Positions 37,561-48,779 of a DNA stretch of 58,025 nt are shown here, piece after piece; the first letter of the stretch is position 1; the number at the start of each line of letters is the position of its first letter. A program made the position numbers and the translations under genes. This DNA comes from Carcharhinus longimanus. Its lineage: Eukaryota. The stretch covers positions 123,105,175 through 123,163,199 of the forward strand of contig JASCQW010000061.1 of assembly GCA_030264375.1 (NCBI GenBank), in the 5' to 3' direction. The notes below the pieces were generated by a model. The model searched no databases. It was given only the letters and a program-made list of their open reading frames with translations, and was not told the DNA's origin.

Positions 37561-38614
37561 TGCAGCTCAATCTCTCCAAAGGCATCTACAACAGCAAACA
37601 AATCAATAAGCCAAAGAGACATTGTAAGCAAAGTCAAACAGACACTGACATAATGAAACCATGCAGATATTTGAACAAATGTTCAATTTTACCACCAGAT
37701 GACATTTTGCTGCATTTGTGATGCTACTTTACACAATGACACAACAAAATCATTTCAACTGATTTAAAAAAGTTCTCATACAACGCTTCTGTTGAAAGGA
37801 GCGTGAAGAAAATAGTTAGGGATTATTGGAGATGAACTGTTTGTGTACTTCGTATAGAGTTGACCTCTTTTCATATCATTTCTACAGTTGATATTTCTTT
37901 AACTTTTCACAATATTGCACTTGGCAGGTGGTGTTACTTTTTTAGGTGGCATTAATTTGCAGAGGAATTCATCACCACAGGATAATCCCTCTTAGTCACT
38001 TTATTTCACTGAAATATATTGTTACATAGCACAATGTTAGATTAGTAATTTGCTTACTTATTGTCTTCATTTTTTGAATTTTGCTTGATTGAATTGCTTG
38101 CCTTATTCTGTGTTATGGAGTGTTCCATCTAATATGATGCATGAAACTTTAACAAGATATGGGCAATATTCATGGAAAAATAATTAAATTGTGCTTGTAT
38201 CACTGTTGTCAGAAAACAACAACAAACTAATAATGATGTGAAAATTGTCCTTTTTTTTCTAAGACTCTGCAAGCATTCTTTCAAAGCCCAGAATAAATAC
38301 ATGCAAAAAAACTTATGAAATGTGTGAATGTAGAAATAAAAACTAAACAGTTCAAAAGCTAAGAATCTGAAATATAGAAAAGACATGCTAGAATATGTAA
38401 CATAAATGAGGACTCTTTCAAAATGAGTATACTATTATGCACATTCATAGCATCCTGATTTACAGCCAGGTTTATCAAGTTATAAGAGAAGAACATGCTT
38501 GAAGTGGACTGTATATAATGGCCAGCTAATCCCATACTGATTGTTGTACAACCCTGGAAAATTTAAAAATTACCACCACTGTTTAAAATAACTTATTGAA
38601 CAAAATATATAATA

Positions 38615-38870
38615 GACGGGATTTTCCATGCAACCCACTGCATGGCTCACAGCAATAGATGGCAACTCGCTAATGGCCAGCAGTGGAATCTTGTGGTCCT
38701 GACATTGTCAACAGGTATTCCCATTGAAAGCCTCTACACCGCTGCGAAGCCTGCAGTAGGGATGTGCCATTGGTGGGACTGGAAAATCTCACTGGCGTGA
38801 ATGACCAGAAAATCCTGCTTAATAAGTGGGATTTATAGCTTGCTCGCCCCGGCACCGGAACATTCCGCCC
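38615..38870. mobile_element. Harbinger-type MITE
   Basis: gacgggattttcc ... ggaacattccgccc TIRs; internal similarity to 31281-31423. Confidence 0.68.
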
Positions 38871-38980
38871 AAGATCAATGNNNNNNNNNNNNNNNNNNNN
38901 NNNNNNNNNNNNNNNNNNNNNNNNNNNNNNNNNNNNNNNNNNNNNNNNNNNNNNNNNNNNNNNNNNNNNNNNNNNNNNNN

Positions 38981-39148
38981 GGTGGAGGCAAATTCGATAG
39001 GGTCTTTTAAGAGACTTCTGGATGAGTACATGGGACTTAATAGAATTGAGGGTTATATGTAAGCCCAGTAGGTAGGGATATCATCGGTGCAACTTATGGG
39101 CCGAAGAGCCTATTTGTGCTGTAGTTTTTCTATGTTCTCTATGTTCTA
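38981..39148 (+). mobile_element. CR1/HER1-type LINE 3' end
   Basis: VEANSIGSFKRLLDEYM..IEGY; tail gggccgaagagcctatttgtgctgtagtttttctatgttctctatgttcta. Confidence 0.88.
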
Positions 39149-40562
39149 AAACTGTCATCAAATTCAATCTCTCCAATATAGTTGAGATGTTGAACAATGA
39201 ATGCAGTATACTAGGCCCAAGGAACACCAGTAAATGTCTGTCTCATGTGGAGAAGTTGAACTGGGAGATAATGCATCTCCTGCAATTCATGGGAAGAATC
39301 ATGGTCAGTAAAACAGATGTTAGGGCATTGGAAGAGTCAAGCAACAGGTCATCAAATATATGATCCCCTCTGAAAGCAAACATGGAAGGAGAGGGGATAT
39401 GAGGCAAGGTAGGTTGGTGATATATTGGTGGTGGCAGAAATGGCATGACAGATGATGTTCAAGTTGGTGAGATGGTAAGTGAGGACAACAACTTTCATGT
39501 TACACCTGTCAAACTGATGATCTGGGAGGATATAAGAGAAAAGGGCAGGAAATGGTTAGGACTGAAATCCTCTGTAGTGGAAGATCTGGAATGGAAGGAG
39601 ATGCCAGAGCATATGTGACAGAAAGAGAGAAAATGGAAGAAAGGAATGGAGTCACTAAGCGAAGTTGGATGTGAAGAAATATAATTGTTGTGGGAGTTGA
39701 TTCTTTGGGAGGGGACCTCTATTGATGTGTGAATTGCACCCTATAATCTCAGTCCGCATTTCCTCTGCAAGATTGTGTGGCTGTTTCCAGCTTTTCCTGT
39801 TTTCATCTCAGACCTATTTTACCACCAACTCCTTAAGTAATTCAAACTCTGTCATTTAAATGATTTTAATTTATTTTTCTCTGCATTTTATTCTTCATTC
39901 CCACTCCCTTTGTTTTTAATGCTGCTTACTGAAGGGTTTACATCTGAAACAATATTTTGTCTGTTCACTTTATAAATGCTGTCCTGACTGCCGAGTGTTT
40001 CCAGGATTCTCTGATATTGTTGACAATTTTCCTTTGCTGGAATCTTTGAGTTGAATCATAATATCGCCACTAGACCCTTCATTAGGAGAGATAATACCAG
40101 AAAGGTGTAAACCATTTTGACATTGCCTTTAGCCAGTAAACCACAAAACCTGAATGATAGAGAATAGACCACATAATATTTGTCAGAGCACTATGTCCTG
40201 CAGTGTTTACTAGACACAACCTGTCGTATATTATAGATGTCTTCAGCTGTTTATGTTCTTGGGAAATTTGCTGAGAAGTCAAAAATATATCTTACCTCAA
40301 GCTATTTGCCAAGTGAATGTGTACAGGAGGACCTAAAGTTGCACAATATACACAAGCAGATCACTTTGAACTTTCAGCCAGTAATTCTGTCCACAGTCAC
40401 CAAAATAGATTTTTTTTTGATGCAATAGCTATGTGAGTGACAAAGTCTAACCTCTGCTTCCAAGAGTCACATCTGACAGTAGAAGGACATTATGAAAGGT
40501 CTTTGGTTGTCCCAAAAAGCTTTAGGGCTTTGAAGGGATTGGTGCCTATACAGGTTAGGGCA

Positions 40563-41414
40563 GCCAGAGGCAGCCTACTGACAGGACCAAAACAACCAAA
40601 AGATGAAGGCCATTCCAGTCACATGAGCCATTTGTAGAATAAGAACAGCTAACCAGCTCTTGCAATACACATCTTCAGTTTCAGGAGAAGCACTAGGTGA
40701 AAGAAAATCATGTTGATTTATGTTCATCTTTAATTAGTGCTGACTAATTCAAAGTATAATGATTGGCACACTTATAGATAGGTCAATAGGCACTGCAACA
40801 TGCAATGGACTGGGTATTGTGTACAGTTGTAGATCGCCATGCCCTATAAACTTTGCACAAAACCATTTAAACTTGGACTTCGCTGAGAAGGCAGCTTTAA
40901 TGTCTTAAGAAATGCACAGAGGAGAGCGTCACAATAACTCGCACTCCATTACTCAGACTGCAGTCGAGGGTGGAAGAGCACATCTGACCATTGATGTCTC
41001 CTCTTCTGTGGAATAAGTCAAGCTTCATTTTATCCTCCATCACAAATAAAGCAACACTCCATCCCACATCAAATATACAACATAACAACACATCAGCTTG
41101 ATTTATCTATCCATAAGTGTGCCAATCATTACACTTCGATCAAATTAGTTAGCACTAATTAAAGGCACTCTTCACTCTGTGGCTCTAACCTCCATAAATA
41201 ACCTAAGATGACAGAAGCATGCTTTCTATTTTGTTATAATAAAGTTCAAGATGAACATAAATCAACCTGTTGTTCTTTCAACTAAGGCTTCTCCTGAACC
41301 TGAAGATGTGTATTGCGAGAGCTGATTAGTTGTTCTTACTCTACAAGTGGCTCATGTGGCTGGAGTGGCCTTCATTTCTTGGCTGTTTGGTCCTGTCAGT
41401 GAGCTGCCTCTGGC
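40563..41414. repeat. Long inverted repeat (arms ~40563-40790 and ~41101-41414) around a ~310-bp spacer
   Basis: gccagaggcagcctactgacaggacc../..ggtcctgtcagtgagctgcctctggc and aatgattggcacacttat/ataagtgtgccaatcatt. The right arm has ~85 extra bases. Confidence 0.9.
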
Positions 41415-42679
41415 ATCATCTTTGGAGCTTGTTCATAAACAGGTGGGTGCACCTTCCTACTAGCCACAAACATGGTATTCTCACAAGAAAAACTAGAACT
41501 ACCAGTGTTAAGTAAATTGGCTCTAGCCATATCCATTCCACCAAGAATATCTGTGTCCCTGTCAATCAGTGGGATAACTGGCTTAATGGCAGCCATCAGT
41601 AAATGAAATCACTGACAAATGGCAACATGCTTTGTGGCTGGTCTGGAATCTGCCACATACACTTGCTGTATTTGCTGTCCCTATTGGCACAATTGTGCAA
41701 TCTACATTTGTATGGAGGTGAAAACAGAACCTTCTATGGACATGCTCCCACCTTCTAAAGTTTCCAAAAATCTACTCATTGCAACTATGTTTTCAGCACT
41801 TCCACTAACTCCTCTTATACCCCTCCTGCTTGGTGGCTCCATTTTCTCGGTAAAGGAACTTATTGGTTTCCTTTTGTTACAGGAAAGGTATTATAAGTGT
41901 TTTTTTTCTAAAAAGATGACTGCAACACAGTTTGCAACACGTGTTTTTTCGGAACACTGGAATTAGAATTGCAATAGTTCTCTCCCATGGCTGCTGAGTA
42001 TCTGGACGATCACCAGTTAAGCAGTGTATAACTTCTCAGTGCATTTTCTCGGGAAGAAAAAAAATCACCAGCTTGTGCTTAATCTTATCCAGCTACCTCC
42101 TAATCGGCCCAGCTCAGATAATTTGATCCCAGATGTGCACTTCAGGGGCAGAGAGTTGCAATTTTCATCCTGCTTCGCTTCCTCATTCACAGTGAAGTAG
42201 CTTTTTGACTGCTCTTTCAGTTCTCTTTCTCAGGAGAATTCAAGCACAGTATTCTTAGGCCATCCTTTCACTGCAGTACTGAGACCCTATCCAGGGAAAT
42301 CGTATCCTTGCTTCTGGATCTATTGTATCTTTAAGGGATAATATTTTGTAGCTTTCATCATTCTCTTGACATTAAACTATCCACATTACAGTTATCTCTG
42401 TTGAGCCAAAAGAATAAAAAAAATCCAGTGTCAAACTGTTATAGATGATCCACTTCTGCTTTCCTCATTTAAAATGTGGGAAAGGAAATTGTAACTTTTT
42501 CACATATGCATTCCAATTCAATTACATGTTCTACAATGGTAAGAGCTGATAACATGGAACAAATCCTAAGATTTTCAGTTGTCTATATATCTAAGATATC
42601 ATACCAAGAACATAAAATAAGATTCCAACTGGTGTTCATCAGATAAGCTGCAGAGGGCAGCCAAAAGACAATGCTCTTA

Positions 42680-43065
42680 TTCTCCTGAGCCGAGAAGGTT
42701 GTGTTTAAACTCTGCTCCTTGACTTCATCACTATAATCTAGGTCAAAGGAGGGAGTGCTGCACTGCCAGAGGTGTAAACTTTCAGAGAAAATGTTGAACC
42801 GGGTCCCATCTTTCTTTTGTCTTGATGCAGAAAACTTCATGGTGTTATTTGAAGTAGAACAGAGAACATTCACCAATAGTAATACAAGAGAATAAATTAA
42901 CCAGATGTTTGTCTAATTTGCTATGTGTGAGACTTGTTTATAAAATTGTTTTTTGTGTTTGCCTATTTATCGACAGTGCCTAGCTTCAAAAATACTGAGA
43001 TGTTGTTAAGCAGTTTTTGATGTTATGTAAAAATCTCAGGGTGCTGTATAAATCTAAATTTTTTT
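42680..43065 (+). mobile_element. Old Deu-domain SINE (SacSINE1-like), near full length
   Basis: gagaaggttgtg..ataatctagg..gagggagtgctgcactgccagaggtg..atgttgaaccgg..ttatttgaagtagaacag, with tail gtgctgtataaat. Confidence 0.7.
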
Positions 43066-44914
43066 TTCCCTTTACTCCATTTATTTTGCCTTTCTCTTTG
43101 TTCTCCCTTTCATTGTTTTACCTTTTCTCATTCTCTTATTCTCCCTCTATTCACACCCTGCCAAGTCATACAATATGTGTTTCCTCTTCTTTCTTTAAAT
43201 AAATATTATACAGAATAAGAGACTACTACTTAGACAGAGAGATCCATTATTCCTAGCAGTGGTAAAAGCCTTCAAATGAAATCTAGAGCTGGTGGGGCAT
43301 ATTTTCTGAAACTGTATTAATAGGACAGAATTTTATCTGCCAGGAGTACAGACTAGAGAATCGTGTGCTGAGGTCAATGTGCCTGATTCGCAATGCTCAC
43401 AATGTTTAAGCCATTAATTTTAATGATCAGAAAACCAGTATGCCACAAATTGGGTGTGCTGAACTCCAAGCCCAGCCTTTCATTCTGTGTTCCTGTCAGT
43501 TCACACTCCACACCATGAATTAAGTCTCAGAAAATTTGCTTGAATAAGATTTTAGTGAAGGCGTTTCAATTTGGTCATGGATGTTCGGCTAGCCCTGGTT
43601 CCATGTCAAATTCATGCTTCTGACTCACTTGCCCCCAAGAGAAAGCAAAGAAAGAGCCAGGAATTAAGGGCAAATACGTATGGGAGGTTAAGAAAGATGA
43701 GGAGATCACACTATAGATCCATCCAATCTACGGCAATTACGTCCTTACCCGAATGCAAACAATACATTCTGCATCATTTGACTGACTTTTCTATCAGTTT
43801 TACAAAATATATACTCTAAATTCTACTCAGGAAGGAAATTAGTAGCACCTGCGTAAAAGAACTGTGATGAAAAGGAGCTGAATCAAATAAAAAATGCAGA
43901 ACAATATAAGCTCACAGGTAATCCATCCTTCCAGCCTGCTACAATCAAATCTAGTTTTCTTTAGCCTGAACTCCAGAATTTCTCACTTAAACACCTTTCT
44001 CCAGCACTTATGTCAATCTGACTTACTCAATGGAAAAAAACAACTGCTTGTAGCCTTTCCCATGAGGTCAAAGAGACCTAGAGGACAGAACTGACTCAGT
44101 TGCCATGGCAAATGTAATAAAACCTCTAGGCTTATCAGTAGGTTACAAGATCACTTTTTAGTTAAAGTGGTGATGTTGAGTTAACCCCTCATCTTCTGTA
44201 CTTAATTAACCTGATAAGATAATAACAAGCAAACAAGAATAAAGACAAATAAAGATTAAATAAAGAAAAATAAGTTTGTTGAACCGATTAATGACTCTTA
44301 TGTTGCTTATTAATTCTGGGTAGATTTAATGAACTTGTGTTTCCTCTACGGAATCTTCTGTTGATAATAGATGAAGAATTCTGCAGGGCACTGCTGCCCT
44401 CAGCTCTCAAACTCCGCTAAAAGCTCATAGCTCCACAAATTCACTAAGTCTCCTGTTTCATACCAATTAAAATTTTGAAATTGGTGTTGAAATTGAGACA
44501 AGATAGTTCTACTTTGCCAAATCTGGATCTTGTATTCCTGTTAGTGTTTGAAAATACTATATAGATAACCATAATTTATTCATGAAAATGGTGTTATTTA
44601 GCAATTATATGTAAAAAATGGCGAATTAGCCGATTGCCTTTTAGAGATGTGTAACTGAAAGAAGGATTTTTACAATTGCTGTAATGAATGTACAGATGAA
44701 GGATCCTTTTTGCAAAACTTTTGCAAAAACTGCATTAAATAGATAAAATATTAAATGTGTTCTTAATATGGCAAAAGGAGTTAGTGGTTCAGCAATCAGG
44801 TAGTATAACATTCAAACATTTATTGGTCTATTAGGTAAATGTGCTGCTGAATCTGATGCATTCAAGAGATCCCAGAGAGAATTGCAATACAGAATTGCTG
44901 GCAGGGGATGACAA

Positions 44915-45085
44915 ACCATAAGATATAGGAGCAAAATTAGGCCTTTAGGCCCACCGATTCTGCTCTGCCATTTGATCATGACTGATGTGTTTCACAACCT
45001 TATTTTCCCACCATTTTCCCATAACCTTTGATTCCCTTACCAATCAAGAACCTATCTATCTCTGTCTTAAATATACCCAATGACA
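44915..45085 (-). mobile_element. CR1-type LINE 3' tail
   Basis: ccataagatataggagcaaaattaggcc..gatcatgactgat..ccccataacctttgattccc (SLGIFKTEIDRFLIGKGIKGYG). Confidence 0.88.
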
Positions 45086-46948
45086 CAATGACTATCCCCA
45101 TATCTGAGAAAATGTGCACAGGAAGATGGTACTTCTTAAAACAGCTGTCTATGTGGGCCTTTTCACGGTCACCATGTGTCAGTTTTACAGACAGGGATAA
45201 CAGAGAAATGAAAGCACTTCTCTCTTCCTTTACTGTTCCTAAATAGGGTGTTTTTAATTTCACTCTTGGAATATGGTCATGGCTGGTGAGGCCAGCATTT
45301 ATTGTTCATCGCCAATTACCCTGAGAAGGTGGTAGTGGGTTTTCTTCTTAAACTACTGCAGTCCATGCAGTGTAGGTGTATCCACAGTGCTATTAATGGA
45401 GCTCTAGGGTTTTGACCCAGTGACGGTGAAAGAGCGGCGATAGATTTCCAAGTCAGAATGGTGAGTGGTTTGGAAGGGAACTTCCAGCTGATGATGCTCC
45501 CACATATCTGCTACCTTTGTCCTTCCAGATGGTAGTAGCATTGTGTTTTTCAGCCCATGCTCTCTGTCTTCTGGAATGGCGCTACGTGCTCAAATTCCAG
45601 AAAGAGTAGGAATACGCAATTCGCCCTTACAAGTTTCCAAGTTCTGATCTTCTAGTCCTCTCACCAGCAGAGTAGTGTGAAGTATGCCACAAGATCCCAG
45701 GAAACTCATTTTAATATTTTGCCATGTCATTAGCAAGAACCCTGTCTGGCACGTCCTGCCTCACCGGGTATTCAGTGGGTGCCAGTGTGATGTTATGCTG
45801 GCGCCATTTACAACATTACTGTGAACTTGGCACCTCCGAGCAGGAAATTAGAGATGACCAATCAAGCAGCCATCAATCTCCGGGGTGATCACTGCTCGGG
45901 GGCACCGGAGAGAAAGCAGGAGACACAGTTAAATGGAACTCAGGGCTCGGAGTGGGCATCCCAGAATCATCATATCAGGGGCTGGAGTCCAGGGGGTCAC
46001 TTACAAGCCTTATTGTTCCTTCATAGCAGGGTGTCCTTTGCTTTGAAGGAGTTGTGAAGGCTGGTATCTTGGCAGTGCTTCCCATGTCTCCATCCTGGGT
46101 TGCTGTCCATTTTGCAGCTGATGGAGTGCCCTTCTTTGCTGGGGGCTGGCCAATGGGAGGGCTTGAAAATAAGGGGTTCAGCACTGGGAGTGACTGTGAG
46201 TTACTCGGATGGGATCTTATGAGAGGATGCACTGTCAGAGCACAGTAAGAGAATCAGGCATGGGCTACATCCCTCCTCAGGCAGCCTGAAGGTCTTCGCC
46301 CTCAGGGGAGGATGACTGCAGTGTGATTGGAAGCCACACTTAGGCAGTAGTGTGGGGACAAAGGGGAGATGATGCCCAGAAGTCCAAAACCAATTGTCAG
46401 AGCGGCTTGTGTGTAACGGTAGATCTCAGTGGCTGCTCAGCTCTGAACCTCTTGTGACCTGGGAGAAACAGCGTGCCCTCTGGGAATGTGCTGGACATGG
46501 TAATTGCTGGCCTCACAAGATTCAGCTGTGCCTTGTCTGCCGCAAGAGGCAGAACTCCCTGGTGTCCCCTCACTAATGTTTATACCAATAAATGCTGTGC
46601 AGTTACAAAGCCCTGTCATTTAATGGAGGTTACCTTTTAACCCTTGTAAGTCCATGTCCCAGCCATTGAGCTGACATTCCCAGGAAGGCGGAAACATCAC
46701 ACAGGTAACACTGATATGCTTCCTCTGCAAGGTGTGACGGTGACATCTATCATTGTACACCCCAGTGGAGGGCATGACAGGGTGCACCGCAATGTGCCCC
46801 ATCAGGATGCAAACACTGGTCACATGCAGTCACTCAACTGCTCCTTAATGCAACGATGTGAAGATGCCGGCATTGGACTGGGGTAAACATAGTAAGAAGT
46901 CTCATAACACCAGGTTAGAGTCCAACAGGTTTATTTGGTAGTAAACAC

Positions 46949-46983
46949 CACTAGCTTTCGGAACGCTGTTCCTTCGTCAGGTG
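46949..46983 (-). ncRNA. Minimal type I hammerhead ribozyme motif, core intact
   Basis: CAC CUGACGA A GGAAC-AGC-GUUCC GAA AGCU A GUG: conserved CUGANGA/GAAA/UH, 5-bp stem II, 3-bp stem I and palindromic AGCU stem III, as known for Penelope hammerheads. Activity not shown. Confidence 0.85.
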
Positions 46984-47019
46984 AGTGGAAAGTGGAGAGT
47001 GTGATCAGAACTCTCCACT

Positions 47020-47054
47020 CACCTGACGAAGGAACACCATTCCGAAAGCTAGTG
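47020..47054 (+). ncRNA. Minimal type I hammerhead ribozyme motif, core intact
   Basis: CAC CUGACGA A GGAA-CACCA-UUCC GAA AGCU A GUG; predicted cleavage after A47051. Activity not shown. Confidence 0.82.
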
Positions 47055-47529
47055 GCATTTATTACCAAATAAACCTGTTGGACTCTAACCTGGTGTTATG
47101 AGACTTCTTACCCTAATGTGATACCAGGTTTCTTGGGGGGTTGCAGGGGGCTCAGGGAATGTGGGTGTTTGGTGCCACTGAAACTCTGGTGGGTCCACGC
47201 ATTGCACCCTGCTTTGACAGGGACCAATGTGGAGATGTGGCTATAGTGTCCGATTGGAGGGTATGAGGGAAGGCGTTGAGACACTATTCTTCATTGGGTG
47301 ATAGTCCTGGAGTTTGACAGAGGAGGGTCGGAACTCTCTCACAAACCCTTGTAGCTCATTATGGTTTTCTCTTCTTTACAGTGCATGTCTAGAGGATCAT
47401 GGAGTTGGCTATCCCACTTATTACCACAAAGCGCAGCAGAGACACCGACATACCATGGCACCTGGCCAGAACCAGTACCTCACAGAGGTGAGAGAAGCTG
47501 GGCCTATCACTGTTCCAAGAGCAGTGCCA

Positions 47530-48190
47530 CAGATGTGTGGGTACGGGGTGAGGTTATTCCCATGCCATTCATTGTACCTTCAAATGTACAAGATCAGTGC
47601 CATAGAAGCTACATCTATCCTGCGGGTTGGTAGACCATTTCTGCTAAATCCTGCAAGAGCTGTCACCACATGGAATGGGGGCACCCATTGCCTGTAGCCC
47701 TTGAGCACATAGCTGCTCTGAACTTCAATGTGAGTGGCTTATTCCAGGGCAGCATAGGCAACCTGTGTGGCATTTCCCCATCGGCCTCACAGATGGACAC
47801 AGATGCCCTTTATGCAAGGGTTTGCATGCATTTCAACTTGGACAAGGACCAGATGATCCAAGATGCCAGTCTCACATGCTTCACCTGCTTAGCAGGCATG
47901 CCCAGAGGCAAGGTTTGATTGACTGCACCCACGTTGCCCTTTGCGCTCTAGGCTGCCACACAGTATCATTCATAAACCATAAGGGATACACCCTGTCAGT
48001 ATGCGGTTGGCTGTGATGCGCTTCTTGCTGGTGTGTATCCATTTCCTGGGGAGCATCTATGACAGCTACATCTTGAGGCACTTGCAGTTCCTACCCACCT
48101 TTGAGGGAGAGCAGCAACTGGAGAGATGTCTCCTCAGAGACAAGGGGTACTCACTCAGGAGGTGGCTGATGATACCAATGCAGAGGTCAC
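47530..48190 (+). pseudogene. Decayed Harbinger (HARBI1-like, DDE_Tnp_4) transposase
   Basis: LPVALEHIAALNFNVSGLFQGSIGNLCGISPS; LAGMP..QGLIDCTHVAL (DCTH 47921-47932); FINHKGY; GSIYDSYIL (48049-48075); LLRDKGYSLRRWLMIP (DKGY 48139-48150). Frameshifted, and cut off by a CR1 tail at ~48200-48305. The element probably extends left to ~45540. Confidence 0.93.
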
Positions 48191-48779
48191 AAAAAGTGTG
48201 TATAAGAGGCATTGAAGTGTCTGATCAGCTATGATCATATTGAATAGTGGAGCAGGCTCGACGGCTTGAATGGCCTACTTCTGTTCCCAGTTCCTATTTC
48301 CTCCTAGCTGTCTCTGAACCCTTGGAAACAGCAACTCATGTTTCCCCTTATGACTATGATATCTAGTCTCTTGAATCACTTGATTGAATCAGTTCTGAAT
48401 TCTTTGTGGCTTTAGTGCTCTTTCTATAATGGGGTGTCCAAAAGTACTCAAACTAACTATTTATATAAATTCACAATTCCTTTCTCTTTCTTATACTTTG
48501 TGCCCCTTTTTTGAAAACCCATTATTCCATTGTTAACTTCAGCCGTTTACAGTGTTCCTCAGGAGCTTTTGCAGGTCATCTCCCACAGTAAAAGCGATGC
48601 TTGGGAGATTCTAGTGAAATAACTGGTAATGGGGTCTGTTTGTTTAGAATTTTCATGAACATATTTATTATACTGTTGAGTGAGTCTTAAGGTGTTCCAC
48701 TTCCCTTCTTCATGCAGCAACTCTAGGAAGTTTACAAATAGACTTTTGATAGTGCAGAACTTGTGTATTGCTGAAAAAA

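Larger units (their letters stand above)
46855..47111. mobile_element. Penelope-like hairpin insertion (two inverted terminal repeats, no coding body)
   Basis: Arms 46892-~46992 and ~47011-47111 are near-perfect reverse complements. The sequence is shared with the 3' end of 36135-36914. Degenerate 12-bp TSD ccttaatgcaac / ccctaatgtgat. Confidence 0.92.

Noticed and set aside
47530-48190. Domesticated HARBI1 gene
   Set aside because: Multiple frameshifts, deletions and truncation by a CR1 tail; no third catalytic region.
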